34,524 nt of DNA from a virus. Taxonomy: Duplodnaviria > Caudoviricetes. A program made the position numbers and the translations under genes. The notes under the pieces were generated by a model. It saw only the letters and a list, made by a program, of their open reading frames with translations, was not told the DNA's origin and searched no databases. Shown here piece by piece: positions 1 through 9,047 of the stretch. The stretch lies in the IMG/VR virus record IMGVR_UViG_3300030372_002732, positions 1-34,524 of that record. The stretch is one strand, 5' to 3'. Each line of letters starts with the position of its first letter. The first letter of the stretch is position 1.

Positions 1-799
1 AGCCCGATCCTGTAACCCATGAAGGAACATCTGAAACCGTTAAATCTGCTGTTCCTGATCTAACAGATAAACCATCATTATTCTCTATTCTTATATAATA
101 TGTTCCATCTACTGGCAATGTAAACGTTGCCGTAATAGAAGCTGCACTTGTAAAAGAAACTGAATCTGCTGTAACAATAGCTCCTGTAGAAGAATTAATA
201 GCGTCTACAAAAGGTATTGATACAAAATTGCCGCCAGCAATTACGACTGCTGTTTGTGCGTTAGTAATTACCGAAGGTGTAACAGATGTAAATGTTGGAA
301 AATTTAATGTTGCTTGAACAGTTGCTGATCCACCTAATGATACTGGCGAACCATTTAATGTAATTGAATTGTTAACTAACATATCGTTAGATACTTGAAC
401 CTCTTGAACTTCACCTGCTGAAGCTCTTCCTAAAACTCTATTAGCTGTAACAATGTCTTGGATCTTAGGATAAGTAACTGCATTGTCAGCAATTTTAGCC
501 GTAGTAACTGAACTATCAGAAGGAGTAGTAATAATTCCTACACCAATTTGATACATAAAATTCATCGTAGAGGTTGAAGCTATCGACGTATCAAAAGTTA
601 CCGTAGATCCTGAAAAAGAATAAGAAGAAGGAGATTGAACAACACCATCAATTGCAAGAACAACTGACGCTGGAGAAACCGGTACAAATGCAACAGAACT
701 TTTAGTTATATTATAAGGACCCGCTGAGTTAGTAAACGTTATATTGTCTAATAACTCTATGTTGTTTATTTTATCTACGCCTCGTCCTACATATGCCAT
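1..799 (-). CDS. Tail fibre/virion protein with Ig-like module, runs off the window edge
   Basis: Not in the ORF track. ATG at 799 gives MAYVGRGVDKINNIELLD..., open to position 1. It contains a 'SVTTAKIADNAVT' fibre repeat and a segment VDAINSSTGAIVTADSV..TATFT..VDGTY..R.ENNDG..GTA.LTVSD.P.W shared with 3292-4128. Confidence 0.8.
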   Translation of the reverse strand, partial: MAYVGRGVDKINNIELLDNITFTNSAGPYNITKSSVAFVPVSPASVVLAIDGVVQSPSSYSFSGSTVTFDTSIASTSTMNFMYQIGVGIITTPSDSSVTTAKIADNAVTYPKIQDIVTANRVLGRASAGEVQEVQVSNDMLVNNSITLNGSPVSLGGSATVQATLNFPTFTSVTPSVITNAQTAVVIAGGNFVSIPFVDAINSSTGAIVTADSVSFTSAASITATFTLPVDGTYYIRIENNDGLSVRSGTADLTVSDVPSWVTGSG

Positions 800-800
800 G

Positions 801-1865
801 TTATAAAGCTACTCCTGGAGTATCGTTTGTGCCAACTAGGGTCTGGCCAAATGCAAAATATGCATAAGTACTTGTGCTTTGATTTACACCCGCCCACGTT
901 GATCTTATTTTAAAACCATTACTATAAAAATCTATAAAAGGAGATACACTAGTGTTATCTGCTCCAGTTGTATTTGCTACTAACATTCTAGTATTAGGAT
1001 TAGGTAACATATTACCAATTGTATTATCTATAATCCACCAACCATCTGCTGAACCATCAGTCATTTTTAACATAACCCATGATGGAGCAAAACCAGTATA
1101 AACCATAGGACCATCTGCATTAGCATTACCTATATACGTAGAAAATTTACTATAGCCGGCTTTATCGGCGAATAGCCAAGCAGCATAAGGTTCACCACTT
1201 GCATTAGTTTGACCGTGATCTCCTACTGTAAAATTAACACTATCGGGATCAGTATTTTCCCAAGCTGCTCCACCTGCAGTAATAGCATTATCAGTTGTAT
1301 CTAATTTTAAATACTTAGTATTACCTAAACCAGTACCTGGATTATAAACTACCCAGTTATTGTCTGGAGCTGAAAGTCTTTTAACAATTATAAAACTTGG
1401 AACTGCACCTAAGCCATGAGCTATTTTTGTAGGAGTGCTACCATTCCCCGTATAGTTTATACAACTAAAGCCGGCGGTTTGATTAAAGGAATAAGATGAC
1501 GGTGTAGTATTTGTAGATCCATTAGTTGCTATCCCTGTTGTTGTTCCACCTTTCCAGTTCCAGCTTATAAAACCATTACCACTAGCATTAGATTCAGTAT
1601 GACTTCCTAATGTAAATCCATCGACTCCAAATGCAGTTAAACTATTTGAATCTGTTTGTTGTTCTGTACCTGCATCACATTCTAAATATTTTTCAACTCC
1701 AGATGCACTATTATAAAGATTATGATTTGATGTAGCTTCTCTATCTTTTACCCAAACAAAATCCGGTTGAAAGCCAACTCCTGTAATTGCGTTTGTTGAA
1801 CCGTTTCCCGCATATGTCAAATTTTTTATGTAGTTTGAACTCTTATTGATCGTTGTGAAAGCCAT
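801..1865 (-). CDS. Tail fibre-associated/virion structural protein
   Basis: 354 aa, G/S/T/N-rich, with three internal repeats of Y.GNG...(G)F.P.(F/W)V..K, typical of marine phage tail-associated proteins. Confidence 0.7.
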   Translation of the reverse strand: MAFTTINKSSNYIKNLTYAGNGSTNAITGVGFQPDFVWVKDREATSNHNLYNSASGVEKYLECDAGTEQQTDSNSLTAFGVDGFTLGSHTESNASGNGFISWNWKGGTTTGIATNGSTNTTPSSYSFNQTAGFSCINYTGNGSTPTKIAHGLGAVPSFIIVKRLSAPDNNWVVYNPGTGLGNTKYLKLDTTDNAITAGGAAWENTDPDSVNFTVGDHGQTNASGEPYAAWLFADKAGYSKFSTYIGNANADGPMVYTGFAPSWVMLKMTDGSADGWWIIDNTIGNMLPNPNTRMLVANTTGADNTSVSPFIDFYSNGFKIRSTWAGVNQSTSTYAYFAFGQTLVGTNDTPGVAL

Positions 1866-1866
1866 A

Positions 1867-3285
1867 TTATATATTTAACCCCTTAGTTGATAGCGCAGTA
1901 TATCCCGTTGGAACATCGTACTCAAATTTTCCTATATTTGATGCATTTGTTCCTTCATCAGCTACTGCTGTTGTTTTAAATACTCCGTTCCCAAAATTAT
2001 AATTAAATATTGCATTTGCACCATAAATTGCAGCCGCAGGAGAACACGTGCTAACAATTGTTGGTATTGCAATAGCACCAGTTTTAGATGCACCTGATGT
2101 TGGTACCCCTACATTTCCACCTACTGTAATATAAGTTCCGTTTTTGTGCATATATAATGCTCTATTATCCATATCAACTGCAAAACCAAGCACGTCTCCG
2201 TTAGAATAATCTATTCCTGTATCGCCTAAATTTGAACCACCACTCATATTATTATTATTACTTCCACCTCTATAATCTATTTCAAAACCTGCACTTGCAG
2301 TGTTAGATGTAAATTGTGAATTAGTGTTTCCTGAAAATCCCATACCAGTACCACTACCAGCAAATACTTTATCTATACATTGTATTCCTGCACCTGCATA
2401 ACCATTAGAAGCATTTAATGCTTCAATTTTCATTTCCCAGTAGAACTTGCCTTTTGTAAAACCTAATGTTCCAAAACTACTTTCCCAAACAGTATCTACA
2501 TTAGACACAGTAGTGTTTCCATTTGAATATCTAAAGTCACTACTATCGTCGTGATACAACTGATTAAGCGTGCAGAAATTGTCACTAGGATTGTCGACAG
2601 TGGCTGTAAGTGTCCCACTACCTAAAGTAAAATCATTCCCTTGACCAGATTGATCTACAAGTGATGCATTATTTTTTAATAAAAAGAAACCATTAGTTCC
2701 ATAAGTTACACCAGTTGGATTTGTCTTTATTTTCCACGCACCAGTCGTGGCATCTGTTTCGCCATAAGTACTTGCATCATAACAATACCCATCTGTAACA
2801 TGGATATGTGATATAACACATGCATTACAAATACTTGAACCCTCTCTTAAAGAACCAATTAATTGAGTAATATCTGTTCCAAAAAAATTATTTGTAGCAT
2901 CTTGTGCAGGATAACTTGAAGTAGAAAAACTTGTTTCTAAAACTCCATTAACCCATATCTTAATTCTGTCTGCAGCGGACACTTGACTTGAGTCGTATGC
3001 AACGCATAGGTGGTAAAATGCGGCTTGATCTCTTAGTAATCTATTTGTTTCTACTTGAAATTGATAACTACCATCATAAAAGGCTACTTGTATTTTATCA
3101 TCAGACGTCACAAATATTCCTCTTAAATTTGCAGTAGTATCAGATTTTGATGAACAATAGACTGGTTGAGATTGACTATTATTAGAATACATTAATTTAA
3201 CCCAAGCAGATGCACCCCATTTAGTTGTGCTTCCCCCTGAGGATATAGTTCGTTTGAGTTCTGTAGTTGGTGTGATTGTTGTCAT
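1867..3285 (-). CDS. Tail protein with ConA-like lectin (LamG) and SPRY-like domains, putative receptor-binding
   Basis: LamG-like 'SAWVK...FYHLCVAYDS...RIKIWVNG' and SPRY-like 'GKFYWEM...GDVLGFAVDMDN..LY..KNG...YNFG...PTGY.AL'. Confidence 0.75.
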   Translation of the reverse strand: MTTITPTTELKRTISSGGSTTKWGASAWVKLMYSNNSQSQPVYCSSKSDTTANLRGIFVTSDDKIQVAFYDGSYQFQVETNRLLRDQAAFYHLCVAYDSSQVSAADRIKIWVNGVLETSFSTSSYPAQDATNNFFGTDITQLIGSLREGSSICNACVISHIHVTDGYCYDASTYGETDATTGAWKIKTNPTGVTYGTNGFFLLKNNASLVDQSGQGNDFTLGSGTLTATVDNPSDNFCTLNQLYHDDSSDFRYSNGNTTVSNVDTVWESSFGTLGFTKGKFYWEMKIEALNASNGYAGAGIQCIDKVFAGSGTGMGFSGNTNSQFTSNTASAGFEIDYRGGSNNNNMSGGSNLGDTGIDYSNGDVLGFAVDMDNRALYMHKNGTYITVGGNVGVPTSGASKTGAIAIPTIVSTCSPAAAIYGANAIFNYNFGNGVFKTTAVADEGTNASNIGKFEYDVPTGYTALSTKGLNI

Positions 3286-3291
3286 AATATT

Positions 3292-4128
3292 CTAGTTAAA
3301 TTGTGCTCCTCCCGACGCGCCGTGAGATATAATAATATCAAATGCTCTTGCAGACGTCTGCGCTTGAGCGTCTGTTGCTGTAATCGTAAACGAGTACGCT
3401 GTAGTTGACGTAGACCCACTTTCCGTACCCGAAATAACTCCAGTAGCTGAAGCAATTGTTACTCCACCAGGAAAAGATCCTGATGTTTTTGCATAAGTAA
3501 TAGGTGTATCACCTGTGGCTGCAACTGTAAAGTTGACAGATCCTGTCGCTGCCACTGTTCCTAAATTTCCTGAAGCAGTTGTCCAAGTTGGTGCATCGGA
3601 AACAGTTAGTAAAGCAGTTCCAGTTCTTGCTGCATAACCGTCATTATTTTCTACTCTTAAAAAATAAGTACCATCAACCGATATTGTAAAGGTTGCTGTA
3701 ACTGAAGTCGAACTTGTAAAAGCTACTGAATCAGCAGTTACAATTGCTCCGGTTGATGAATTAATAGCATCAACATATGGTGGAATTGAACTATCTTTAA
3801 AATTTGTTCCAGTCAGTACGATTGCTGTTTGTGTGTTCTCTATAGCAGAAGGTGCAATAGATGAAATCGTTGGTAAAGAAACTATATTAGTTAAGTTAGC
3901 TCCTGATACAGCGGGTAAAACAGCCGGGAATCTTCCATCAGGTAATGTACCTGCTGTTAGTTTAGCCGCTGATATGTCTGTGCCTAATTTTGCATTAGTA
4001 ACATTAATATCTTTAACTTTTGCTGTTTCAACAGCATCGTTTGCTAATTTAGCAGAAGTAACTAATCCATCTTGTAATTGAGATGTAGTTAAAGGTGCCT
4101 CTGCCGGCTTTGATCCAATGTATCCCAT
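3292..4128 (-). CDS. Tail fibre protein with IPT/Ig-like and He_PIG-like domains
   Basis: N-terminal 'VTSAKLANDAVETAKV' fibre repeat. C-terminal 'YAKTSGSFPGGVTI..ATGVISGT...YSFTITATD' putative-Ig signature. Confidence 0.75.
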   Translation of the reverse strand: MGYIGSKPAEAPLTTSQLQDGLVTSAKLANDAVETAKVKDINVTNAKLGTDISAAKLTAGTLPDGRFPAVLPAVSGANLTNIVSLPTISSIAPSAIENTQTAIVLTGTNFKDSSIPPYVDAINSSTGAIVTADSVAFTSSTSVTATFTISVDGTYFLRVENNDGYAARTGTALLTVSDAPTWTTASGNLGTVAATGSVNFTVAATGDTPITYAKTSGSFPGGVTIASATGVISGTESGSTSTTAYSFTITATDAQAQTSARAFDIIISHGASGGAQFN

Positions 4129-4140
4129 GTGTTAATATCC

Positions 4141-4467
4141 TTATGTACTAATCGAATCTACACAACTAACATACGCATCAAGAGAAGAAGCCGTATCACT
4201 TTGGACCTTTAGAACATCTGTGTTTTCAACAACGAGCTTAGCGCCCCCGTCTAAAACTTGAAGCGATGATCCAACAGGTATAGGCGCATCTTTAATTAAA
4301 TAAAGATCATTACCTCCACTAGTGATATAAGCACTTACATTGATGGCAGCAGTATGTACATTTGCTAAAGAGATGCCTACAACTGCATCAAATGAATCTG
4401 CTGTGAAAACAGTTTCTGCTGCTGTACCGACATCATTTTTAACAAATCTTCTAAAGTTTTGTGCCAT
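4141..4467 (-). CDS. Putative tail structural protein
   Basis: 108 aa, beta-rich, AGGA RBS, within the tail operon. Confidence 0.6.
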   Translation of the reverse strand: MAQNFRRFVKNDVGTAAETVFTADSFDAVVGISLANVHTAAINVSAYITSGGNDLYLIKDAPIPVGSSLQVLDGGAKLVVENTDVLKVQSDTASSLDAYVSCVDSIST

Positions 4468-4479
4468 ATTGTTTTCCTA

Positions 4480-4878
4480 TTATAATGCGATAGCCATTGC
4501 CGTCGCAAATCCTTTACTTGCATAACCTAAATCAGGTACTACTGTTCCACTGGCGTCTAAGTAAACTGCCTTACTTGCGGGCAATGTACAAAAAACATCT
4601 TTAGTTCCTGTAGAAAAATCTATTGCTGAAGTATTATTGTCAGAGTTATCAAGAATAGTTGTTCTTTGTAAATTAGTTGAAGTGCTTAAAGTACCTAGAC
4701 CAACTTCCCACTGAGAAGTTCCTTGATTAAAAATACAATAGTAAGTTGTGTTTCCACTTCCCACTCCCGCATTAAAAGTTTGAAAACCCATAGCAGCTCC
4801 AGCTAAAGTCCAAGTTGTTTGACTTGTACCAGTTGAAGTACTTGTTTCCTTAACTCTATCGTTAATTACTAACGCCAT
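4480..4878 (-). CDS. Putative tail structural protein
   Basis: 132 aa with 'DRVKETS...WEVGLGT...GTKDVFCT.PA' and a C-terminal 'GFATAMAIAL' motif. AGGAG RBS. Confidence 0.65.
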   Translation of the reverse strand: MALVINDRVKETSTSTGTSQTTWTLAGAAMGFQTFNAGVGSGNTTYYCIFNQGTSQWEVGLGTLSTSTNLQRTTILDNSDNNTSAIDFSTGTKDVFCTLPASKAVYLDASGTVVPDLGYASKGFATAMAIAL

Positions 4879-4896
4879 AAATTTTTACTCCTGTTA

Positions 4897-5379
4897 TTAG
4901 TTAGCGTTTAAACTTATGATAGCACCAGTACCAGCAGGTGAACCTGATGTAGGATCAGGGAAGGCAACTGTAAAGTCACCAGCCGTTGCTGTTTTAGTTC
5001 CACCAAAATCTAATACCACCACTAATCTGTCTGCAGTTCCATCTACTGTATTTGTATTGTAGATTGCTCCGAATGCAGCACCAAAAGTTGCAGCTCCTGT
5101 TGTTGCTGCTCCCCATACTGCATTTGCAAAGTCTACTGTTGCTACCAATGTAGAAGATGCTACCGCTTGACTTGTAAGAACGTTTCCACCTGCAACATAG
5201 TTTGTACTACCAGCAGGATCTACTTCACCGTTACCTGTACCACCTGCAAATACAGTGCTACTTTCTGTATATGGGTTTGTTGTGTACAGAGCTAACTTGT
5301 AAGTGTGGCCTCCAGTTGCAAAGTCATGTTGTGCAGATAAAAGAGCTCCTCCAAATGAGTAAGGTACTATATTTGCCAT
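4897..5379 (-). CDS. Putative tail structural protein
   Basis: 160 aa with 'HDF...YKLALYT...NYVAGG..L...VVLDFGG.KT', AGGAG RBS, operon context. Confidence 0.65.
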   Translation of the reverse strand: MANIVPYSFGGALLSAQHDFATGGHTYKLALYTTNPYTESSTVFAGGTGNGEVDPAGSTNYVAGGNVLTSQAVASSTLVATVDFANAVWGAATTGAATFGAAFGAIYNTNTVDGTADRLVVVLDFGGTKTATAGDFTVAFPDPTSGSPAGTGAIISLNAN

Positions 5380-5394
5380 GTTGTTTTCTCCTTA

Positions 5395-6093
5395 TTAATA
5401 AGTTGATGGTGAGTCTGATTTAATTGGAGTTCGAATAACACCATCGTCATATTCGCCTCTTCTTCTTCGGCCTTGTTGTTCAACGCCATATGAAGCCATT
5501 GCAGTTCTAAAAGCTGTTGTGTAGTATTGTATCAGATCTGCTGGTCCTTTCAAGTATCCATATGCGTTTTTTAAACAACAGTACAAAAGCATATCTTGAT
5601 ATTTGTTACTCACATAAGTTCCATTCGTCGCCGCAGGAGCACCACTTGGTTGAGTAGTACTTGTAATACTGTCTGGTTGTCTTGTATATGCTAATGTTAT
5701 AGCATATGCAGCATCGGGAGTAGGAGCAACTAACCAAAAATTTTCATCCCAACTAGCATAATATTTAGGAAACCCTGAAGCTGTTCCAGGAGTGTCATAA
5801 TATTCAGCCATAAAACTTGGATCTCTTTTATCTAAAAAAACTTGTTTTCCACTTGAATCTGTTAATTCTACATATCTAATTATTCTTAAATCTGAAGGAA
5901 TAGTTATAAATTTATTTCCTGCTACTGTGTTTGATGTTGCATAAAAATTAGAAACATCAGAATCTACTTCTCTGTAAATTTCATTTTCAGCATTTTGAAT
6001 AATAGTCTTTAAAATTGCATCTGTTAAAACAGAATCATCTACTTCTGTGTAACTTCTAATATCAGATTGTAAATTTGCTAAAACATATGCCAT
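5395..6093 (-). CDS. Head-tail adaptor / tail tubular-like protein
   Basis: 232 aa with 'L..DIRSYTE...IQNAE..I.R...G.PKYYA...VAPTPD..Y', a connector-like pattern. Confidence 0.6.
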   Translation of the reverse strand: MAYVLANLQSDIRSYTEVDDSVLTDAILKTIIQNAENEIYREVDSDVSNFYATSNTVAGNKFITIPSDLRIIRYVELTDSSGKQVFLDKRDPSFMAEYYDTPGTASGFPKYYASWDENFWLVAPTPDAAYAITLAYTRQPDSITSTTQPSGAPAATNGTYVSNKYQDMLLYCCLKNAYGYLKGPADLIQYYTTAFRTAMASYGVEQQGRRRRGEYDDGVIRTPIKSDSPSTY

Positions 6094-6094
6094 A

Positions 6095-6721
6095 TTATAC
6101 TGCCTCTAAGGTTACGGGTCCAACTGAACAAGCATTTCCACCGCCAGCTATTCCTCCTGTTGTAGCATTACTTGTACTTGTAATAAAGAAATAATTTTCT
6201 GGCGAAGTTAAATCACCTGGAGAAGTTGTAACAGTTCCATTAGAATTTTTTTTACCAACAGTAATACTAAATCCTGTTGCAGAACTTAAATCACTAACAT
6301 TGTCAAATGTAGGAATAGTTATAAAAGCTTGTAAGTTTCTTTGATCTGCTTCATTTGGACCACCAGCACCTGCAGAAGTTACTACAGGAGGTCCTCTAAA
6401 TCTTACCATATCTCCTGTTTTTCTTTGGTGATCAACTGAATAAACATTTACATAAGTTACTCCTCCAGCAATAACGGTAGTAAAAGGATTTGTATTTAAC
6501 ATAATTAATCCTGCAGTAATAGGTCTTGGAGGTCTTGGATTTTGTAAAGCTTGAGGATCTGCACCAACTGGTTTAGGTTGTAATTGAGGTTGCTTAGGTT
6601 CAAACTCTGAAGTGTGAACTCTTGCACCATTCCATTCTCTTACCATTTCAGTATATGGAAATTGTAATCCACTTCTGTCTGAAATAAATAATGCGTGTTT
6701 TCCTTTTGATAGATCAGCCAT
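6095..6721 (-). CDS. Virion structural protein
   Basis: 208 aa, N-terminal 'ISDRSGLQFPY.EM..EWNG..VH..EFEPKQPQL'. Start overlaps the stop of the upstream gene. Confidence 0.6.
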   Translation of the reverse strand: MADLSKGKHALFISDRSGLQFPYTEMVREWNGARVHTSEFEPKQPQLQPKPVGADPQALQNPRPPRPITAGLIMLNTNPFTTVIAGGVTYVNVYSVDHQRKTGDMVRFRGPPVVTSAGAGGPNEADQRNLQAFITIPTFDNVSDLSSATGFSITVGKKNSNGTVTTSPGDLTSPENYFFITSTSNATTGGIAGGGNACSVGPVTLEAV

Positions 6722-7671
6722 TAAGTACCTGGGTAATAAGTTTTAGGACTAATAAAAGTACTTGAAGGAGAACCATCTTCAGCTAATGCTCTTGCTAATT
6801 CATCCTCATACAATAATTTTAAAGCCTGTGTTGTTTCCGGTCTAACTTTTTGAGATAAATAATATGCAAGCCCTGCAACCATACATGGTACAAATCTATA
6901 TGGTACATCTGCATCATTACTATAAACTCCTGCGTCTTGTATTCTTCTTTCATAATAATAATTTAAAAAAGATCCTACTTGGCTTGCTCCAGGTGTTAAA
7001 TAAACCGTAATAGTAACTTTATCAATAAATCGTTCTACAAAATATTGTGAAGGTTGTCCTGTTGCAGTTTTATTTGAAAATGCTTGATAAGTTGATCGAT
7101 CTACTTTGGTAAATGGAGAATCTACAATCGAAGAGTTTCTAAAAGAAGCTTCTAAAATATCTGTAACTCCATAAGTAAAAGAAGCGTTATCATAACACTT
7201 ATCGTCAGCTGAATGAGTTGCTGCTGTGGTTCCATTTGCTCCTCTTGTACATCCAGTAAATGTATTAGTATTTGTTGTAATTCCTGTATAGGTTATTTGT
7301 TCTGTACCAATTAATAATGTACCAGTAGTTGGAAAATTTGCAACAGAATCAACGACAACTGTATTCTGCCCAATAGTCATTGCAGAAGCTAATGGACTAA
7401 ACATTGCGTCTGAAGTTCCATCACTTGTTGACCGATAAAGAGTGTACACATTTTTTCCGCTTTCAAAACTAATTGAGTTATGTGCAACTTCCCAGTAATG
7501 TAACCCTCTGTTTCCCCATTCTTGAAAAAGAATATTTAGAGATCTTTTAGCACTTTTTAATTCGTACCCAGATACTCCACGCATCCCTACTCTTTCATAA
7601 GCTTCTTCAACAATATCAGAAATAGAGAAGCCTTTTTCAAAAACATAAGTTCCTGAAGTAGTATTCGCCAT
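6721..7671 (-). CDS. Head-tail connector/adaptor-like protein with inserted beta-domain
   Basis: 'IVEEAYER.G...A.RSLN.LF.EWGNRGL' and 'P.RF.PCMVAGLAYYL' flank a 'FPTTGTLLIGTEQITYTG..GCTRGANGTTAA.H' insert. Confidence 0.6.
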   Translation of the reverse strand: MANTTSGTYVFEKGFSISDIVEEAYERVGMRGVSGYELKSAKRSLNILFQEWGNRGLHYWEVAHNSISFESGKNVYTLYRSTSDGTSDAMFSPLASAMTIGQNTVVVDSVANFPTTGTLLIGTEQITYTGITTNTNTFTGCTRGANGTTAATHSADDKCYDNASFTYGVTDILEASFRNSSIVDSPFTKVDRSTYQAFSNKTATGQPSQYFVERFIDKVTITVYLTPGASQVGSFLNYYYERRIQDAGVYSNDADVPYRFVPCMVAGLAYYLSQKVRPETTQALKLLYEDELARALAEDGSPSSTFISPKTYYPGT

Positions 7672-7680
7672 CTAGTATCC

Positions 7681-7968
7681 TTACGTGTATATTATAGTAA
7701 CGCCAGCTGTATTAGTTAAATCCAAATGAACACCATCTTTAAAAAGAATACCTGAACCTGGAACATAAACTGATAAACCATCTGTATCGAATTTAAATTC
7801 TGCTAGTAACGGATCACCCGTTCCAGTTCCATTGTGCAATTTTACTACTGAACCTGCAGCACCTGCTGCCTGAACATATGTAACTCTTGCTCTTCCAGTA
7901 ACTAATTGCCCATCACTTGTTCTATGGGCTACCTGTTGATCACTTGTAAATGTTGAACCACCTGCCAT
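7681..7968 (-). CDS. Hypothetical (probable virion) protein
   Basis: 95 aa with 'VPGSGILF.DG', AAGGAG RBS. Confidence 0.6.
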   Translation of the reverse strand: MAGGSTFTSDQQVAHRTSDGQLVTGRARVTYVQAAGAAGSVVKLHNGTGTGDPLLAEFKFDTDGLSVYVPGSGILFKDGVHLDLTNTAGVTIIYT

Positions 7969-7990
7969 GTTATTTTCTCCTTATAATTAA

Positions 7991-8012
7991 ATGAGCTCCC
8001 TAAGGAGCTCAT
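7991..8012 (-). terminator. Stem-loop after the 8024-8425 gene (weak terminator or processing site)
   Basis: ATGAGCTCC-N4-GGAGCTCAT, a 9-bp perfect stem followed by AT-rich sequence. Confidence 0.55.
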
Positions 8013-8023
8013 AATTTAATTAA

Positions 8024-8425
8024 TTATGCCCAAGTACCTTGGATGTCTAAAACAGTCCAAGCTGTTCCGCCAGCATTTCCACCAATCTTAACATAGTCAC
8101 CTACTTTAGAAGTAGCCTTAGTGTTTGTTAAAGTGATTTGTGCTACTACACCTTTATAGATGATGTACTCTCCAGCTGCACCAGTTACTTGAATCTGGTT
8201 CATTCCGTCAGCACCAGTGTTTACAAAAGTAAATACTGAACCTTCGTTAGCTGCAACTGCAGGTAATGTAAATACAGGATCTCCTGTATTTGAAGTGAAC
8301 GATTGTCCACTGTCACCTATAAGTACTGAGTAGTTCGCATTTTTTTGATTTAGGTTGTATCCAGTTACACTGCCTTCGTTAAATTTGCCTTGTAGAACTG
8401 GCCCTCTGAATCGTGTTGTTGCCAT
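8024..8425 (-). CDS. Putative capsid decoration/structural protein
   Basis: 133 aa starting 'MATTRFRGPV', AGGAGG RBS, own promoter and structured leader. Confidence 0.6.
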   Translation of the reverse strand: MATTRFRGPVLQGKFNEGSVTGYNLNQKNANYSVLIGDSGQSFTSNTGDPVFTLPAVAANEGSVFTFVNTGADGMNQIQVTGAAGEYIIYKGVVAQITLTNTKATSKVGDYVKIGGNAGGTAWTVLDIQGTWA

Positions 8426-8436
8426 TTTATAATCCT

Positions 8437-8509
8437 CCTAGATTATGTGAATACTGTCTCTAGGTCGTCGACTATACTCGTCAGTATCCAATATTAATTA
8501 ATGTATAGT
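8437..8509 (-). ncRNA. Structured cis-RNA leader, candidate Mu-gpT-DE (Mu-like gpT downstream element) motif
   Basis: Three crossing helices: ACUAUAC/GUAUAGU, AUACUG/CAGUAU and CCUAGA/UCUAGG. The last overlaps the RBS. It starts at the predicted TSS and lies downstream of a Mu-gpT-like capsid gene. Confidence 0.6.
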
Positions 8510-8515
8510 AAAGAA

Positions 8516-8544
8516 ATTATATAACAATTTTTAGTGGAGTGCAA
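8516..8544 (-). promoter_or_regulatory. Sigma70-type promoter
   Basis: TTGCAC-N17-TATAAT on the minus strand. Predicted TSS about 8509. Confidence 0.8.
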
Positions 8545-8588
8545 GAGATCCTACGGGAAATGTACGATTTCAGCGATGTGGCGTTTAT

Positions 8589-8804
8589 CTAAGTAGCCAC
8601 AGAAACTTGGGCAGCAGCGTCTTCAATTGCATTTTGTTTATTTGCAATTTTGGCCTCTTCGAGTTTAATGTCAGTAATGACTTCTCTAATTTTGTCATCA
8701 ATTCTGACCATATCCAGAGTATATCTACCTTCTTGTTCATACTCCAGTTGCCACCTCAACTCCAAGGACCGTTTTTGTTTGTACAGGTCTTGTACCATCA
8801 ACAA
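8589..8804 (-). CDS. Hypothetical protein
   Basis: 71-aa helical ORF. GAGGAGG lies just upstream, so the start may be the second Met. Confidence 0.6.
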   Translation of the reverse strand: MLMVQDLYKQKRSLELRWQLEYEQEGRYTLDMVRIDDKIREVITDIKLEEAKIANKQNAIEDAAAQVSVAT

Positions 8805-8988
8805 CCTCCTCGTAGGTTATTCTTTTGACCTTGGGATCCATCATTTCTCCAAGATATTCCCATTTTATACTTTTTTCTCCTAGTTTGTCAACTATTGCAT
8901 TTTCAATAGATTCAACGTTATCTTCAGCTAATACTTCAAATTCAGCGTGATATTGATAAGCATTGATTTTTACTAGGAATTTCTTCAT
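8737..8988 (-). CDS. Hypothetical protein
   Basis: 83-aa ORF following the capsid terminator. Confidence 0.6.
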   Translation of the reverse strand: MKKFLVKINAYQYHAEFEVLAEDNVESIENAIVDKLGEKSIKWEYLGEMMDPKVKRITYEEVVDGTRPVQTKTVLGVEVATGV

Positions 8989-9005
8989 TTTTTCTTTCTA
9001 AATTT

Positions 9006-9036
9006 AAAATGTGGCGAGAATATGATTCCCGCCACA
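9006..9036 (-). terminator. Rho-independent terminator after the major capsid gene
   Basis: Minus strand reads TGTGGCGGGAAT-CAT-ATTCTCGCCACA-TTTT, with a G.U pair valid on this strand. Confidence 0.75.
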
Positions 9037-9047
9037 AATTCTAATTA

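Noticed and set aside
1-4128. Duplicated tail module as a diversity-generating retroelement TR/VR pair
   Set aside because: No reverse transcriptase is present in the window. Both copies are coding and their differences do not look adenine-specific.
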